Below, one piece after another: positions 37,716-50,894 of a stretch of DNA of 64,000 nt. Source of the DNA: Mustelus asterias (taxonomy: Eukaryota). Below the pieces are notes generated by a model. That model ran no database searches and was not told the origin of the DNA. It saw only the letters and a list, made by a program, of their open reading frames with translations. A program made the position numbers and the translations under genes. Position 1 is the stretch's first letter. Each line of letters begins with the position of its first letter. The stretch covers positions 53,382,001 to 53,446,000 of the forward strand of contig NC_135817.1 of the NCBI RefSeq assembly GCF_964213995.1, in the 5' to 3' direction.

Positions 37716-38244
37716 ATTCAAGTTTTCTACATAGATCATGTTGCACCCTAAGGTGCTTCAGTGCAATGGAAGAAACATTATAGACATTTTAAAATGATCA
37801 TTACAGAAAGTGCAATGGCATTTAATTTGTCTACATGAGTCATGTTGCACAGTCTTATTGAACGGCAGAGCAAGCTCTAGGGGTCAAATGACTTACTCCT
37901 GCTACTAAGTCTTGTGTTCCTAAGAAGAACACCCAATATTACATTTTCATGTCTACTGACAAGTTTCCATAATTGATTCTGCTATAGCTGTATACAGGCA
38001 ACCATCCTGCTTTCAGCTTATAGATGATATAACACTACCATCACAATCTTAAGATCACTAAACATACTAATTTCAGTAGTTAATAGACATAACTCATTGG
38101 GACTTTAGATTCTGGAGTGTATGTGCAAGAAACAAAATAGTGTCCACTCAATTCATTCATTCACAAGTCAGACCATTTTAAAGAGTTGTGTCTGTTTTCA
38201 ATCTCTGCTCATTTAAGCTTAGCTAATAAGAATATGTCTTCATT

Positions 38245-38546
38245 TGGCACAGTAGTTAGCACTGCTGCCTCTTAGCGCCAGGGACCCGGGTTCGATTCCT
38301 GGCTTGGATCACTGTCTGTGCAGAGTCTGCACGTTCTCCCTGTGTATGCATAGGTTTCCTCTGGGTTCTCCTGTTTCCTCCCACAGTCCGAAAGACATGC
38401 TGGTTAGGTGCACTGGCCATGCTAAATTCTCCCTCAGTGTACGCGAACAGGTGCCGGAGTGTGGCGACTAGGGGATTTTCACAGTAACTTTATTGCACTG
38501 TTAATGTAAGCCTACTTGTGACACTAATAAATAAACTTTCAACTTT
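38245..38546 (+). mobile_element. V-SINE with alternative (Rex1-like) tail
   Basis: Head tggcacagtagttagcactgctgcc; tail cctacttgtgacactaataaataaacttt. Confidence 0.88.
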
Positions 38547-38898
38547 TCCCAATCTTGGCATTTAAAAGAACATGGAATTTTAAGCCAACATGTGGAAAAG
38601 AAACAGTGAGATGACATATAAATATATTGTTTAGCCAGCAGCAGAGTTGAAAGCTATCATTACAAAGCTGCTTGAAGTGCTTGAGAAGGTGAAGGCTGGT
38701 GCATTGAGGGCTGGTGCATTGTGTCTGAATGTAAGCTAGAACCTTTGCAAAGTAATCTTGGAGTGCAGTGAATTCATTACTGGTTTAAGAAATATTAGGG
38801 AAAGAGAGTGCAATTTGGCTAATGCAATCTTTTTCTGGGTACACATCAAGCAGAAGTGGCATTGTAACTCTGAAGACTACATACTGGACTCCTACAGA

Positions 38899-39478
38899 AG
38901 CAAAATACTGCAGATGCTGGAAAGCTGAAATAAAAACAGAAAATGCCGAAAGTACTCATAAGACCATAAGACCATAAGACACAGAGGCAGAATTAGGCCA
39001 CTCGGCCCATCGAGACTGCTCCGCCATTCAATCATGGCTGATTTTACTCATCAGGTCAGGCAGCATTAGTGGAGAGGGAACAGAGTTAACGTTTCAGTAA
39101 AGTTTATTTATTAGTCACAAGTAGACTTACGTTAACACTGCAGTGAATTTACTGCAAAAATCCCCTAGCTGCCACACTCCAGCACCTGTCCGGGTACATT
39201 GTGGGAGAATTTAGCCTGGCCACTCCACTTAACCAGTACATTCTTTGGACTGTGGGAGGAAACCAGAGCACCCGGAGGAAACCCACGCAGACACGGGGAG
39301 AACGTGCAAACTCCACACAGTCGCCGAAGCTGGGAATCGATCCCAGGTCCCTGGCGCTGTGAGGCAGCAGTGCTAACCACCTTGCCACTGTGCTGTCCCC
39401 AAGTCAATGGCCTTCCATCAGAACACATTGTTTCCCTCTCCACAGATGCTGCCAGACCTGCAGATTATTTCCAGCATA
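38899..39478. mobile_element. Nested cluster: inverted pLTR pair containing a CR1 tail (38960-39044, TSD tactcat) and an alternative-tail V-SINE (39099-39393, -)
   Basis: pLTR sequence resumes after each insert; tactcat at 38953-38959 and 39045-39051. Confidence 0.75.
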
Positions 39479-41781
39479 TCCTGTCATTTATAATACTACA
39501 CGATACACAAATGTCAGTGGGATGAAAGATTTCCTCTTGGAGGCTGTCCAATATTGTTTTTTGTTTCCAAAGTGGGAGGTTTAAATACAGTCATTTTTAA
39601 TTTGACATTTTATGCTGCTTTTAGCATCCCTGTCAGGTCAGGAAACTAACAAAAGCTGACTAACTGCTTCAAATGAGTTCATAGTTCAACGGTGGCCCAC
39701 AATATGTCTCCCACTCATGAAGGCAACATGTGAGATTGAGAGTTGTAAAGGATGTGATTTGTCATGACAGACTGTAGTTCTATCCAGCATTGACAAACAG
39801 ACAGCAGAAGGGTGATTTAGACATTACAGAAAATAATAGATTTGAATGATGAAGGTGTGAGATGTATTTGAAGAAATATTTATGTAATACCTTTAACAGA
39901 CTAAAAGTATCTCAAAGCACTTCCCAGCAATGATATAAATCAAAATTTAACAGCAAGTAACATTTCTAAAAAAATGAAATAAAATGTCAATTTCCAAAGG
40001 CAATTCTGTAACTGAGGCAAACATCATTCTTAAATGAAGATAGTTGGTGCCCTCGCAAAGAAGAAACACCCAGTGATCTCAAAAAGGTGGGCTGCAACCC
40101 CTCACTAAGAAAAGAACTCCTCATATGAAACATCAAACAGGAATGTGCTAAGTCACTTGCGTGAAAATAAAAATGGAAATCATTGAAGTTTCATAGTTTA
40201 TTTGCTGTAAATAATTTAGTTAGGAATAAACATTAAATAAGCACATCTATTAATGTGAAGCCAGAAAGTATCGGCTTTTCCCCAGCTGTTAACCTTATGT
40301 TTCCATCTAAGAAAGAATGAGAATACATGGCATCTGATTGATCCCAGTTCTATCCTTCAAGCAGTTTTTGTCCTGAGAGTCTCCAATTCCAACTATCAAA
40401 TCATCTGATTGATTATGCTGACAACCTCCATAGCAATTAAAAGAAAAATTAAAGTTTTCTTTTTGAACTACTACTGGCAGATTAAAATACTAACTATCAG
40501 CTGAAAACACTGATGGTTGCCTTATGTGTATTGATTGAAACCAGAAATAATACTAACCATCTTTAGGCGGTAACCTTTTTTTTTACTGTTTTCATAGGAC
40601 GTGGGCATCACTGGCTAGGCCAGCATTTTTATTGTCCATCCATAATTATCTTTGAGAGGTGGTGGTGAGTCGTCTTCTTGAACTGCTGCGGTCCATGCAG
40701 TGTAGTTACACCCACTGTGGTGTTAGGGATTTTGACCCAGCAACAGTGAAGGTCCAGCTATATATTTCCAAGTCAGGATGGTTTGTGGCTTAGAGGGAAC
40801 TTGCAGGTGGTGGTGTTCCTCATGTCCTTCTAGGTGGTAGGGCTCACATGTTTGGAAGGTGTTGTTGAAGAAGCCTTACAGTTATATATAGGTAAATGTA
40901 AGGGATAAAGAGATGGATATGAGAAAAAATGCAAACATTGTAAAGTAGTTCGGCAATTACTGATAATTTGAGCAAGGAGATGAGGTTTTACTACCTTTCA
41001 AGCTTATGTATCCGCTATAGGAGGTGTGAGGGTGAGAGGAGTGGGTTCCGTAAGGGGATGGTGGAGTGTCAGTTTTCCACATTCAAGCATAGATGGAAAA
41101 TTAGCTTAGTATTGACCCACCCCAGTAAACTTGTTACTGATCATGTAAGTGTTAAGAGACTAGAAGGACAAATCGGTCTTAGGTTTTAGAATTATTTTTA
41201 AGTATCTGTACAGCTCTTTGGTATAAAGTGAAAATATCATAAAACCATCTCTCAGGATGCTGATATGCAGCTATTTTTGCAATGTGGTTTCTTGGGGTGG
41301 GGGGGGGGGGGGGTTGATTTAAAGGTAGTAATATGACTCAGTCGGCTACTTGACACACAAACACTGTGAGATGTGACATCCTTCCAGGCAGTAATAATGC
41401 TACTCAAGAGTAATATGACTCTTACCATAAAGACTCAGTGGTAGAAAGGGCTTTCTCATCCCACCAATGAAAGACTGCTACATTCCTTTAAGAATTATTA
41501 GTAGCAATAGAATAATGGATACAATATCATTATTTGTACAAATGGAAGCATTCTCAACATCAATCCTGAATGGAGTTCCTGCTGAGTGAATCCTATTTGT
41601 TCATTTCACCAGTAAAACTCAGAAGTGACAATTGCTAAATGTACCTCTGATACAATCTGTGCTTTAAATAACATATCTGAAGAATTGTGTTGAAAATTAT
41701 TGCATAAACATTGGTTATGTTTATAATTATAATTAGTTGTTACTCATGATTTTGATTCACATTTCAATTGTAATTTCGAAG

Positions 41782-41886
41782 GTGTTTCCAAGTACTATTA
41801 CTTCAGCCTGCTAGGTCTTATCCTAATTGTACCAGTTTGCCTTTGGATCATTAAGAGTTTGTGCTGTAAACTGAAGAATGGAAAAG
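41782..41886 (+). CDS. Gene B exon 4: transmembrane exon
   Basis: Acceptor taatttcgaag| and donor G|gtaatt, phase 1-1. GVSKYYYFSLLGLILIVPVCLWIIKSLCCKLKNGK: uncharged hydrophobic span followed by a basic stop-transfer and CC. Confidence 0.8.
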
Positions 41887-42019
41887 GTAATTGGATAAAA
41901 TACATTTTATTTTGTAACTTAATTGTATTAATTAATTTGTATTGAAAATTGTATTTAAATTCTACACTAAATAATTCCAACAAAAAATAAGTAAAAACCA
42001 TCATATTCCCACAGGCAGT

Positions 42020-43215
42020 AAGAGTTCAGGATAGTAGATGGTTGGCCATTTGGAAAAGTAGGAAGGAGCAGGAAGTGCAGGGCTCCTTGGTGTGTGTGGC
42101 ACTCTCAAACTGGTACTCAACACTGGAGATTACTGGGAGTAACAACATCTTGAAAGAATGCAGTCCAGACCATGGCACCAATGGGTGCCAATGTGAGAGA
42201 ACAGCAAAGAGGTTTTTAAAAATTCATTCGAGTCATGGGCATTGCTGGCTAGGTCAGCATTTATTGCCCATCCCCAATTGCCCTTGAAAAGGTGTTGGTG
42301 AACTGCTGCAGTCCATTTGGTGTAGGTACACTCACAGTGCTGTTAGGGAGGGAGTTCCAGGATTTTGAGTTTGTTAGAGAGGCAGATTCCATAGTGAGGT
42401 GGATGGGCAGGCAAGTCTACAATTGCCATCCTGAGTCTCACATAGTGTATTGCCTCTCTGGTGCCAGAAGAAAGGACATCATGAAAAGGATGAAGAATAT
42501 GCTGCAAGGAGAAGCGAGTAAGCCAAAAGTTGTCGTACATTTCAGCATTAATGGTAGTGAGGGCAGGTATTGACGTCTTATAGTCATATTTTCAGAAGTA
42601 CAGGATTGCTTCCAGTGTTTGTGCAAATGATGGTAGAAATAAGAAGATAGGAAGAATGAATGAGTGGCTTGAGGCGTGGGGTAGGATGGAGGACTTCAGA
42701 TTCTTGGGGCATTGGAACTAATCCTGGAGCAATAAGACCATATTCAACAAGGACAGGTCATATCTCCATAAGACCAGGACTAATGTACAGGGATGTACAC
42801 CAGTGTGATTGGAGAGGGTTTAAACTGAGTTTCCAGGTGGATAGGCAGCAGCATATACAAGTGTAAAAGAGAAAAAAGATGTATTCATGAGACTGTTGGG
42901 TGGTACCAGGGAAGAATGTAGTACTATATTAGATTGGAGATGACTAAGAAGAATTACAAGGAATACAAATACAGACTAAGAATGCATGTTCGTAAGCATA
43001 CAAAGTTGGTAAATAAAGTTGATGAGCTAGAAGCACACACAGCCATGTGGGAATACGATGTAGTGGCAATATCAGAATCATGGCTTAAAATGGTGAGGAC
43101 TGGGTGCTTCATATTTATGGATATAAATTGTTCAGAGAAGATAGGGAAGTGAGACAGGGAGATGGGGTGGCAGTACTGAACAGGGAAGACATTGCAGTTT
43201 TGGAAAGAATAGGAT
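42020..43215 (+). mobile_element. Decayed CR1 5' region (ORF1 esterase and start of ORF2), with a LINE 3' fragment inserted at about 42210-42370
   Basis: VALSNWYSTL, VYCLSGARRKDI...VVVH and NKVDELEA...YDVVAISESWL. Confidence 0.7.
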
Positions 43216-44300
43216 GATTGAAATTCAGACTGAAATGCTTGGTGCAATGGTAGGCTTGTCAATGTCAAGGAGCATGGAGGTGTCTGGCATCAATTTGTAT
43301 AGCATTTTGTGCAGAGCCTGGCGTCCTTGCTGTCCAGTGTGAAAGTAGTGACCAATTCCATGGAACGCCTGTGTAGTCATTCATGATCCAGTATCTAATG
43401 CCTGATGTCTCAGCCTCTATTGCAGCACAAATAGAAACCATTCAACCTTCAGATTCTGCAATGAAAGGTCAGAATTAAGTCATGCAAGTTCAGTTTGCCA
43501 TCACACAGGCTCAGAATGCTACCATCAAAGCTACAGATACCAGCGTTGAATGAGGTTTTCAGTGTGTCACATCCTTCATCACATTGCTAGGATTGTTGAG
43601 GCTGCAGGAGAGGGCAGATTTCGGTGGGGACCTCCTTAGTGAAGTGGAGATGTTAAACATATTGTTTCTTGATGAGGTTTAGGTAGAAAAATGCTCCCTG
43701 AACACTCTGAGTAAATATAGCTCCTCCTGCTGAGAGACCGTGTCCTTCCTCTTCCTGCAGTTTTTCCTGCTCTGTGTCGCCTCTGCTCATTCTCCCTGTC
43801 ATGCAGTAGGCTAAATAGGAGACAAAGTAATGCACACATGCGTGGAAGCAAGTGTTTATGAAGAATCCTTGGCAGTCGGAACCATATGCCACCCCATTTA
43901 ACAACTTGACCAAATCTGAAAACTACCAAACACTTTCCAACTACTGGTAGAAATCAATCAGCGACCAACCTGCAAGTAGTTGATTATTTCTTAAGAACCT
44001 TCTGTTCCTAAACACATGTTCAGTTGGGTGAGAGGTGGTCTAGTTGGAGTGTTGACCTCCAAACTGGCAGCACTGTGTCAAATCAAGGTTACAGTCTGAT
44101 TAGCATCACAATTCGCCTTTAATGCATGTTTTTGTTGGATGTCTTGGTGTAATTAGCACCAGTGGTGTGCATGCAAACAATTTAGAGGAGGAGACAAATT
44201 TTACAGTTATAGACTATTTTTATTGTTGCATCTCATTACATACACCACTATACAAAATGTTACTCTAAGATATTTCTAATGTTGATGATATACTTAACAG

Positions 44301-44371
44301 ATTCATCGATCCATGGCAAAAATGTTGGTAATCAAATAAATGAAATATCAATGCATGAGTCAGCAAATGAA
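44301..44371 (+). CDS. Gene B exon 5: cytoplasmic linker
   Basis: Acceptor acttaacag| and donor |gtaagt. Phase 1 in, phase 0 out, exactly bridging the TM exon to the last exon. DSSIHGKNVGNQINEISMHESANE. Confidence 0.7.
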
Positions 44372-44599
44372 GTAAGTAAATTGTTTTGATTTTTTTCTAC
44401 ACAGTATGGACACATGCTGTGCTGAACTGAATGCATTATGAAGTATTGTCAACTTAATTAAATAATTTGTTAACACAATACACTGGGAACACAAAGGGGT
44501 CAGCATATCTCGTATCAATGGACTGTATTTTGTTTACCACCGGGGTATTAAGGGAATACAGCAAGAAAAATTGGGTGTGGAGGATCACATCACTTCCAC

Positions 44600-45160
44600 A
44601 GGGCCTACCCATTTTCCCTTTCAGCACGAGCTTCAGATGTGTGGCCAAGGCTGAATCCCTGAGGAGCAGGTTGTGCCACAAATGTCCCACGTGAAGCTAC
44701 CATTGTACCATTGTATGTTGCTGTATTCAGCGTTGGCATCTGTTGTCAAGCCAGTGTAGCCACTTGTCATCACAGTGACAAGTACCAGCTTACAGGAGAT
44801 GGTGCCATTTTCTTCTGCCATTAGTAAGTGACTCCTAGTTGTGACAATCAATGTCTAAGGCTTCATGTCACCCTTGAAGTGGAGCTCTGGAGATGTCCTA
44901 CGGGTCATCTGGCTCTGCCTGCCTCACCACACAGAGATGCTTTGGGTACACAATCATCTTCCATCGTGAGGGTGTGCCTGTACCAATAAAGCTGCCTCTG
45001 TGTAAAGAGCGCTGACAAACTTGGGAGCTCCGCCTTTGAGGAGATTGCTACCTTTGTGACTTTGTGCTGCCAGGATATACCCATAATGCGGACAGTGAAG
45101 ATGGAAATTGTTGAACTTCTTTTCTTGACAGCTGTAAGTCTTCCACACAATCAGGTGCAC
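44600..45160 (-). mobile_element. RTE-clade LINE remnant
   Basis: NNFHLHC / IMGISWQHKVT...LPSLSALFTQRQL.W..H...MEDDCVPK..LCGE. Confidence 0.7.
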
Positions 45161-45514
45161 ATAATTAGGTGAATAAACAGACTTTTAAATGTAACTAAAG
45201 ATTTCTTTCACAAATTTTTAAATGTGAACTGAGCTCCCAGCATCCAGTCTAGGTTGTAATGAGCTAATATAGGAAAAGCTATCTATAAATTAGAAACTTT
45301 CCAGAATGAGGTTGTCCAGGCACTATTGATATTTACAAATAGGTCAGATTTAGAAGCATTTATAAATTTATTTGTACTGTTTTCAAATTGATATTTTAGG
45401 ACTAATGTTGATAAAAGACTGAGGCCCACTTGTCTTTTATTCAGTGTTTTGTTAATCTGGGGGATTGCTGGATTGGGGTGATGAGGAAAGATGTCTATTT
45501 GTCCACTACTTAGG

Positions 45515-45833
45515 GTGGCACGGTGGCACAGTGGTTAGCACTGCTGCCTCACAGCGTCAGGGACCCGGGTTCAATTCCAGCCTCAGGTCACTGTCTGTGT
45601 GGAGTTTGCACTTCCTCCCCATGTCTGCGTGGGCTTCCTCCGAGTGCTCCGGTTACCTCCCACAGTCCAAAGATGTGCGGGTTAGGTTGATTGATCATGC
45701 TAAATTGACCTTAGTGTCAAGGGGATTAGCCGGGTAAATGAGAGTTACGGGAATAGGGCCTGGGTGGGATTGTGGTCGATACAGACTCGATGAGCGGAAT
45801 GGCCTTCATCTATACTGTAGGGATTCCATGATC
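45515..45833 (+). mobile_element. HE1-like V-SINE, CR1-type tail
   Basis: Family consensus motifs. Confidence 0.9.
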
Positions 45834-48800
45834 TAAAATGTATTTCATCCTAGCTCATTTGGCTCTCAGTCAGAAAATGTTAGCATTGCAAAGATTACAA
45901 ATCACCAATAACTGAGGATTATTCTCTGAAATATGAATCAACACCGAGTACTAGGAATTTGCATTGGATCTCAGCCTTTTCAACTAATTATATCCAGACG
46001 TAAAATTATGAATTGCAAGACTTCAAAAAAAACCCTTTATTTCATTTGGCTACACCACCTGCTTCAGTTGAGTGACAGTGTTGCTGTTGGATACTAACTC
46101 GCCACAATGGTACATGTGGGAAGCAAAGTTACCAGAATTTGGCAAAGTGACAGTTGTGGTGACAAAAACGGTGGGATTTCTCACAGGATTTTGACTTTCT
46201 TTAACAATTTTCTTTTTCTCAATATGAATCACACTGCATTTGTGGCGGCCTCCTGCCGATTTGCTCACCCCAGAGTAACTTAAACACTGCAATCAGTGAA
46301 ACGCTCCATATAAATGTCTTCCCAGCACTTGTTCCAGTTCCATTGGACAGGATGGCTGCCAGGAAGCCAGCATCTCAATTCTTAGAGGGATGGATGGTGT
46401 GCAGCAGATGCGGGATGTCCTCAATCCACGGTCATTCAGAATTCCTTCCAGCAAGGTGATCACCCCCGCCTCGGAGGCATGTTCAGCATTGTGGAGTCAT
46501 GCCAGAGCTCAGAGTCCTCATGCTCTTTGAGAAGACAGCATATGAGCTGGCTGGGGAGGAGGAAAACCCTTTGCTGATAATGAGTCCTATGAGGCTCTAG
46601 CATCTGTGGTGCTGCTCCCACAACAGCTACAGGCCCAGCCTCCCCCTCATCTGAATTGAGTCCATGATTCTCCAGAATCATGCACTGAAAAGAGGCGAAT
46701 ACCACAGAAAGCTATGAGGATTCCTAACAGAGCCCTGATCCTCGTCCCTCAATGCCTATGGGACTTCCATCCTCGTGGTCCCCACTTAGTGAGTGCCTCT
46801 CCACTATCCCTCATAACCTCCCCTCAGACTATAGACACATCCCCACATTTGCCTCTTTCAGCAGGATTGACTCGTCAAGGAAGTGCTTGGTTATTGTTTT
46901 GGCAACTGGCTTCCTCTTATGGCTGACAAGGTCACTGATAAGACTGCAATTAGTATGTGGAGCACATTCCTAGAGGACACCTCATTCTCCCAGGCCACAA
47001 GGGCTGTAGAGATAAACTACCTTCCATCAGCCACAGCCATACACACCAAGATTTTCCTTACCTGGTCTGGCCTACTTGTGACTCCAGAGCCACAGCAATG
47101 TGGTTGACTCTCAACTGCCCTCGGGCAACTAGGGATGGACAATAAATGCTGGCCAGCCAGCGATGCCCATGTCCCATGAATCAATAAAAAAAACTAAGAC
47201 CTCCCCCCCTGTGCCCTAGGAAACTGCCCTCACACCAAAACACAACATGGGAGCTCAGAGTGGAAACCAGTACTGACCTTCTGCATTCCTCTCATGAAAC
47301 CCAAAATCAAATTCACACAAAGGTAAGGCACCCACTCTGCATGGAATGGAAAAGCAGCCAACCAGGGAGGACACGGGAGGTGCTGCCTGCAAACCAGCCA
47401 CCGGACTCCTTTGAGGCAGGGAACACCCCGAGATGACTGGAAGGTAGGGTTCCAAGGGACCTTTCCCTCTGAAATTGTGTGACTAAACCCGCTATCCCCA
47501 AGTTACACTTATCTGCATCCCCCATGTCCTGTACTCCCAGAGCCTTGAGCAGCCTATATGGTGATGTCCTCCTGAACGCTCACCTCCGAAATCCCCCTCA
47601 TAGGTAAAGGTGCCAGGTTCACTCTTTTACAGAGCAGTTGTAAATCACGCTGGCATGACGTCACTCTGGCCCCCTATGAATATTCCGCGAGGGGTGAAAA
47701 CCCCGTGAGAGTGCCTGATAGTGAGATGCACATGTATTAAAATGAGCTCCTCACCCTTCCTTGGTGTGATGTACATTACTCCGCCGGAGAAGGGCTTTGA
47801 AAATTGCATCGCTCGAATACGCCGGTGTGAATCGCACTTTTCCAATCTTACGGCATTTGGACACCACTCCGGAAAACAGACACATGGAGAGTTTTGGGCT
47901 CAAAAATCGCTGTGTATTGTACATCACGCCCATTTCATGGACTACTTTATTTTAGATTGCTACTGAACCTGAACTATTAACAACCGTTCGTTGAAGTTCC
48001 GTTGGTTTTTTTAAAACGTCAATTTTCGCTCCACTGGACCTGAAGGCATTTAATTACACTTGGGATAGTTCCGAGGTCACACTAGCTGTCACATAACTTG
48101 GCCTTTCTTAAGCTGCTAGTGTAGGCAATGAACATCACTGAGAATATTGTTTGACCAAAGGGGGCTTCATGATCACATTCAGTCATGTGAGTGCGTGCAC
48201 AAACACATACTTACTCGTCAACAGAGATCACTAGGAGCCATTCAGAAGTACAAAGTATTTTCTATGCCTAGAATAGTCGTACTAAGAGTGCCTCCATTGT
48301 CCCAGTACCTGGCAGATAGAAACCAGGGAATCAAAACTGAAATCTTTCACTTGGATTAAAAACATTGGGCGAGGTGTCACCCAATAACCCATTACTCAGT
48401 GTGTTGCAGGAGACACTGATTGAGGTAGATTGTGTCTCTGGCCCATCTTGGGCAGCTAGTGCTCTGCAAATGCAATAGCACCAGCAAAAGGAGTGATCGA
48501 TTTCAAAAACTGGGTCTCACTCACTGAAGTGCAATAGTTGAACTGTTGACAGCAATCATGGTCCTTATACGGAGCACACTGTTGGGAGGTAGAGGCAAAC
48601 TTACAATAAACTCACTGTGCTTAGGCACCGAGCTCCAACAACCATGCTGGCCAGTGGCTGTGAGAGCACCAATCAGAGCTTGGTAGCTCAGCATTTGCTC
48701 ATAGGCTCATTTATATTTCTTGAGCCTATCAGCAGGCAATGCAGAGCGACATTGGACTGAGTGGTTGAGCCCCCTTAGAGCATGGGACTCAATTAAAGTA

Positions 48801-50894
48801 ATGTTTTACTCAATCCCAAAGAAATCCTAGAGTTTGGATCATGGCGTGAATTGACAACAGAGGGGAAGGTGTGGATGTTGCAATCACCCAGTGAGATTTC
48901 AGAAGGGCAATTCCAGAAACCCAGGCGGCAAATAGGTGCGGACCATCCATTGCCAATGCTGTCCCTAATTTCCATACAGCTGTCGAGCCTATTCCAGGCA
49001 GCTCTGTCCGGCTCCCAGTCACTCCTGTGCTACCTTGTCTCCATGAGTCACTGGGATGGCCGTGAGTGTCTAGTTTCAGCCCAGCACTGGCTCCCAGCCC
49101 AGCATGGCCGAGCAGGATGACAAGACCCTCAAAGATTTCTTCACCAAAAGAGACAAGAAGAAAGACAAAACCAAACTGGCCGAGGTTGGGTACAAAGACA
49201 GTCTGGCCAAAGCCAGTGTCGACTGAGGCCTCCATCCCAATCGATGCCTTGGCTCCGGATACATCCCTGCCTGCAGCATTGCTGCCACTGACATCTTCCT
49301 TGCTTTGGCTCCTGCCAAAGCTATGCCATTTACAGTCCCTGTAATGGCCAAGAAAGTGAAGAAGGAAAAAGAGTGGATGGTGAAGAGCTGGTGTCAGGAT
49401 TCCCAAGGAGCGGGTCAGGAAGGATGACGACTGGAAGGAGCTTGACTTGAGCAAATGGAATTTGACCTGGAGCAGCTCATTGAACATGGAGTTGGGGGCT
49501 GGGCTGAAGACGGACCGTCCCAGCTCAGTGACTCAGGGACAGCATTGTGCAGGGGGGGGTCAGGAGCTGGTCAGAGCCACCCAGAAGTTGATTACAGTGG
49601 CTTTGAGAATCCATGCCTTACAAATTAGTGATGAAAGAGAGGAAGAAGATCAGGGTGAAGATGGTGGAGAATATCTTGGATACAGAAGGAGACAAGACAG
49701 TCGGGCTCTGAAACAAGATAACTCCAGCACCAGCATCTGTCATTGCGGTTGCATGGACACCAGAATCATTAGCGAACTCCTGCAGCCAGATCGGGTAATG
49801 TGATCACAAGATCACAATCACAAGAACCACCAGAAATTTACAACGACGTCCAGTTTCTATCCCTACTAGCTTCTGCAAAGCATGTAGAAACCAGAAAAGA
49901 TAAAGAAATGGAAAGGACCTTTGAAATGACGAAATGCAGAAACAGAGCCAGAGAGGACTTTTTCTGAATATGGCACTGGAGTCAGCGTACCGCCTCGCAC
50001 AAACTCACACATAGAGAGAGAGAGGGCCCAGGCTCACAGAACCAATGGTTCTAAAGGTCAGTCCGTTCAGCTAGAATTTGGCACCAATTTGTTCTTGGGA
50101 GCAGTAAATGTTGGTATATATTTTACAGACAGCTCTGCGTTGCTCTGTGTTCCATCCCAGGTAACTAATCTACATTGAGGGTGGGGCGTGACACCATTGG
50201 GGATGGGGCATGACACGAATGTGGCAGGGCATGAGACCACGGAGGTTGCGAACATGACATAATTGGGGGTGGGGCGTGACGCCATTGGCATGGAGTATGA
50301 CATAATCGGGGTGGGGCAGGCTCTAGAAATGAAGGTGAGCACGGGCGCCACAAAGTATAAGTCCACCGCTATCAGGAGGGTCCCTGGTCCAGCAGCCTGC
50401 TACCCCTTAGAGACATCCCATAGTCCTGAAAGGCAAAGTTCACTTTGGAAGGTGTGCACAGTTCATTACTGACATAATAAGCAGCATGACATTGATTCTC
50501 CAATACAGCTGTGGAGGGAAAATGTGGAACAGGAAGGAATGCCTTCAAATATCCTGGCAAGTCAGCCAACAACAGTGGAGAGGGCTGTCTGTGCATATCA
50601 AGCACTGATTTCAGTGAAATGAAAATCAGACAGGATCATTAAAGAGTCTATGATCAAGATATGATCAAGACTATAATCAAGACACTGAAGTCAGAAATGG
50701 ACAGTTTAGTTGATTGCCATTGGATGTTTGCTGTGGGTTTCAGTTTATTGACATTTCTATGCGGCTTTGCATTGAACAACAGGAAGACAAGCATTTATGC
50801 TAAGTTAAGGTCAGGCCAAAATTTGAAAAATAACTACTTTATAATGAATCAATCCTCTTTGTTCTTACCGTTGTTTCTTATTACAATGTTACAG

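Noticed and set aside
45515-45590. tRNA genes at SINE heads
   Set aside because: A/B-box tRNA-like heads are always fused to the SINE core and tail, so they are not independent tRNAs.
48793-49803. Overlapping 90-225-aa ORFs
   Set aside because: No recognisable domain or splice context; they lie in gene B intron 5 and are probably decayed transposon sequence.
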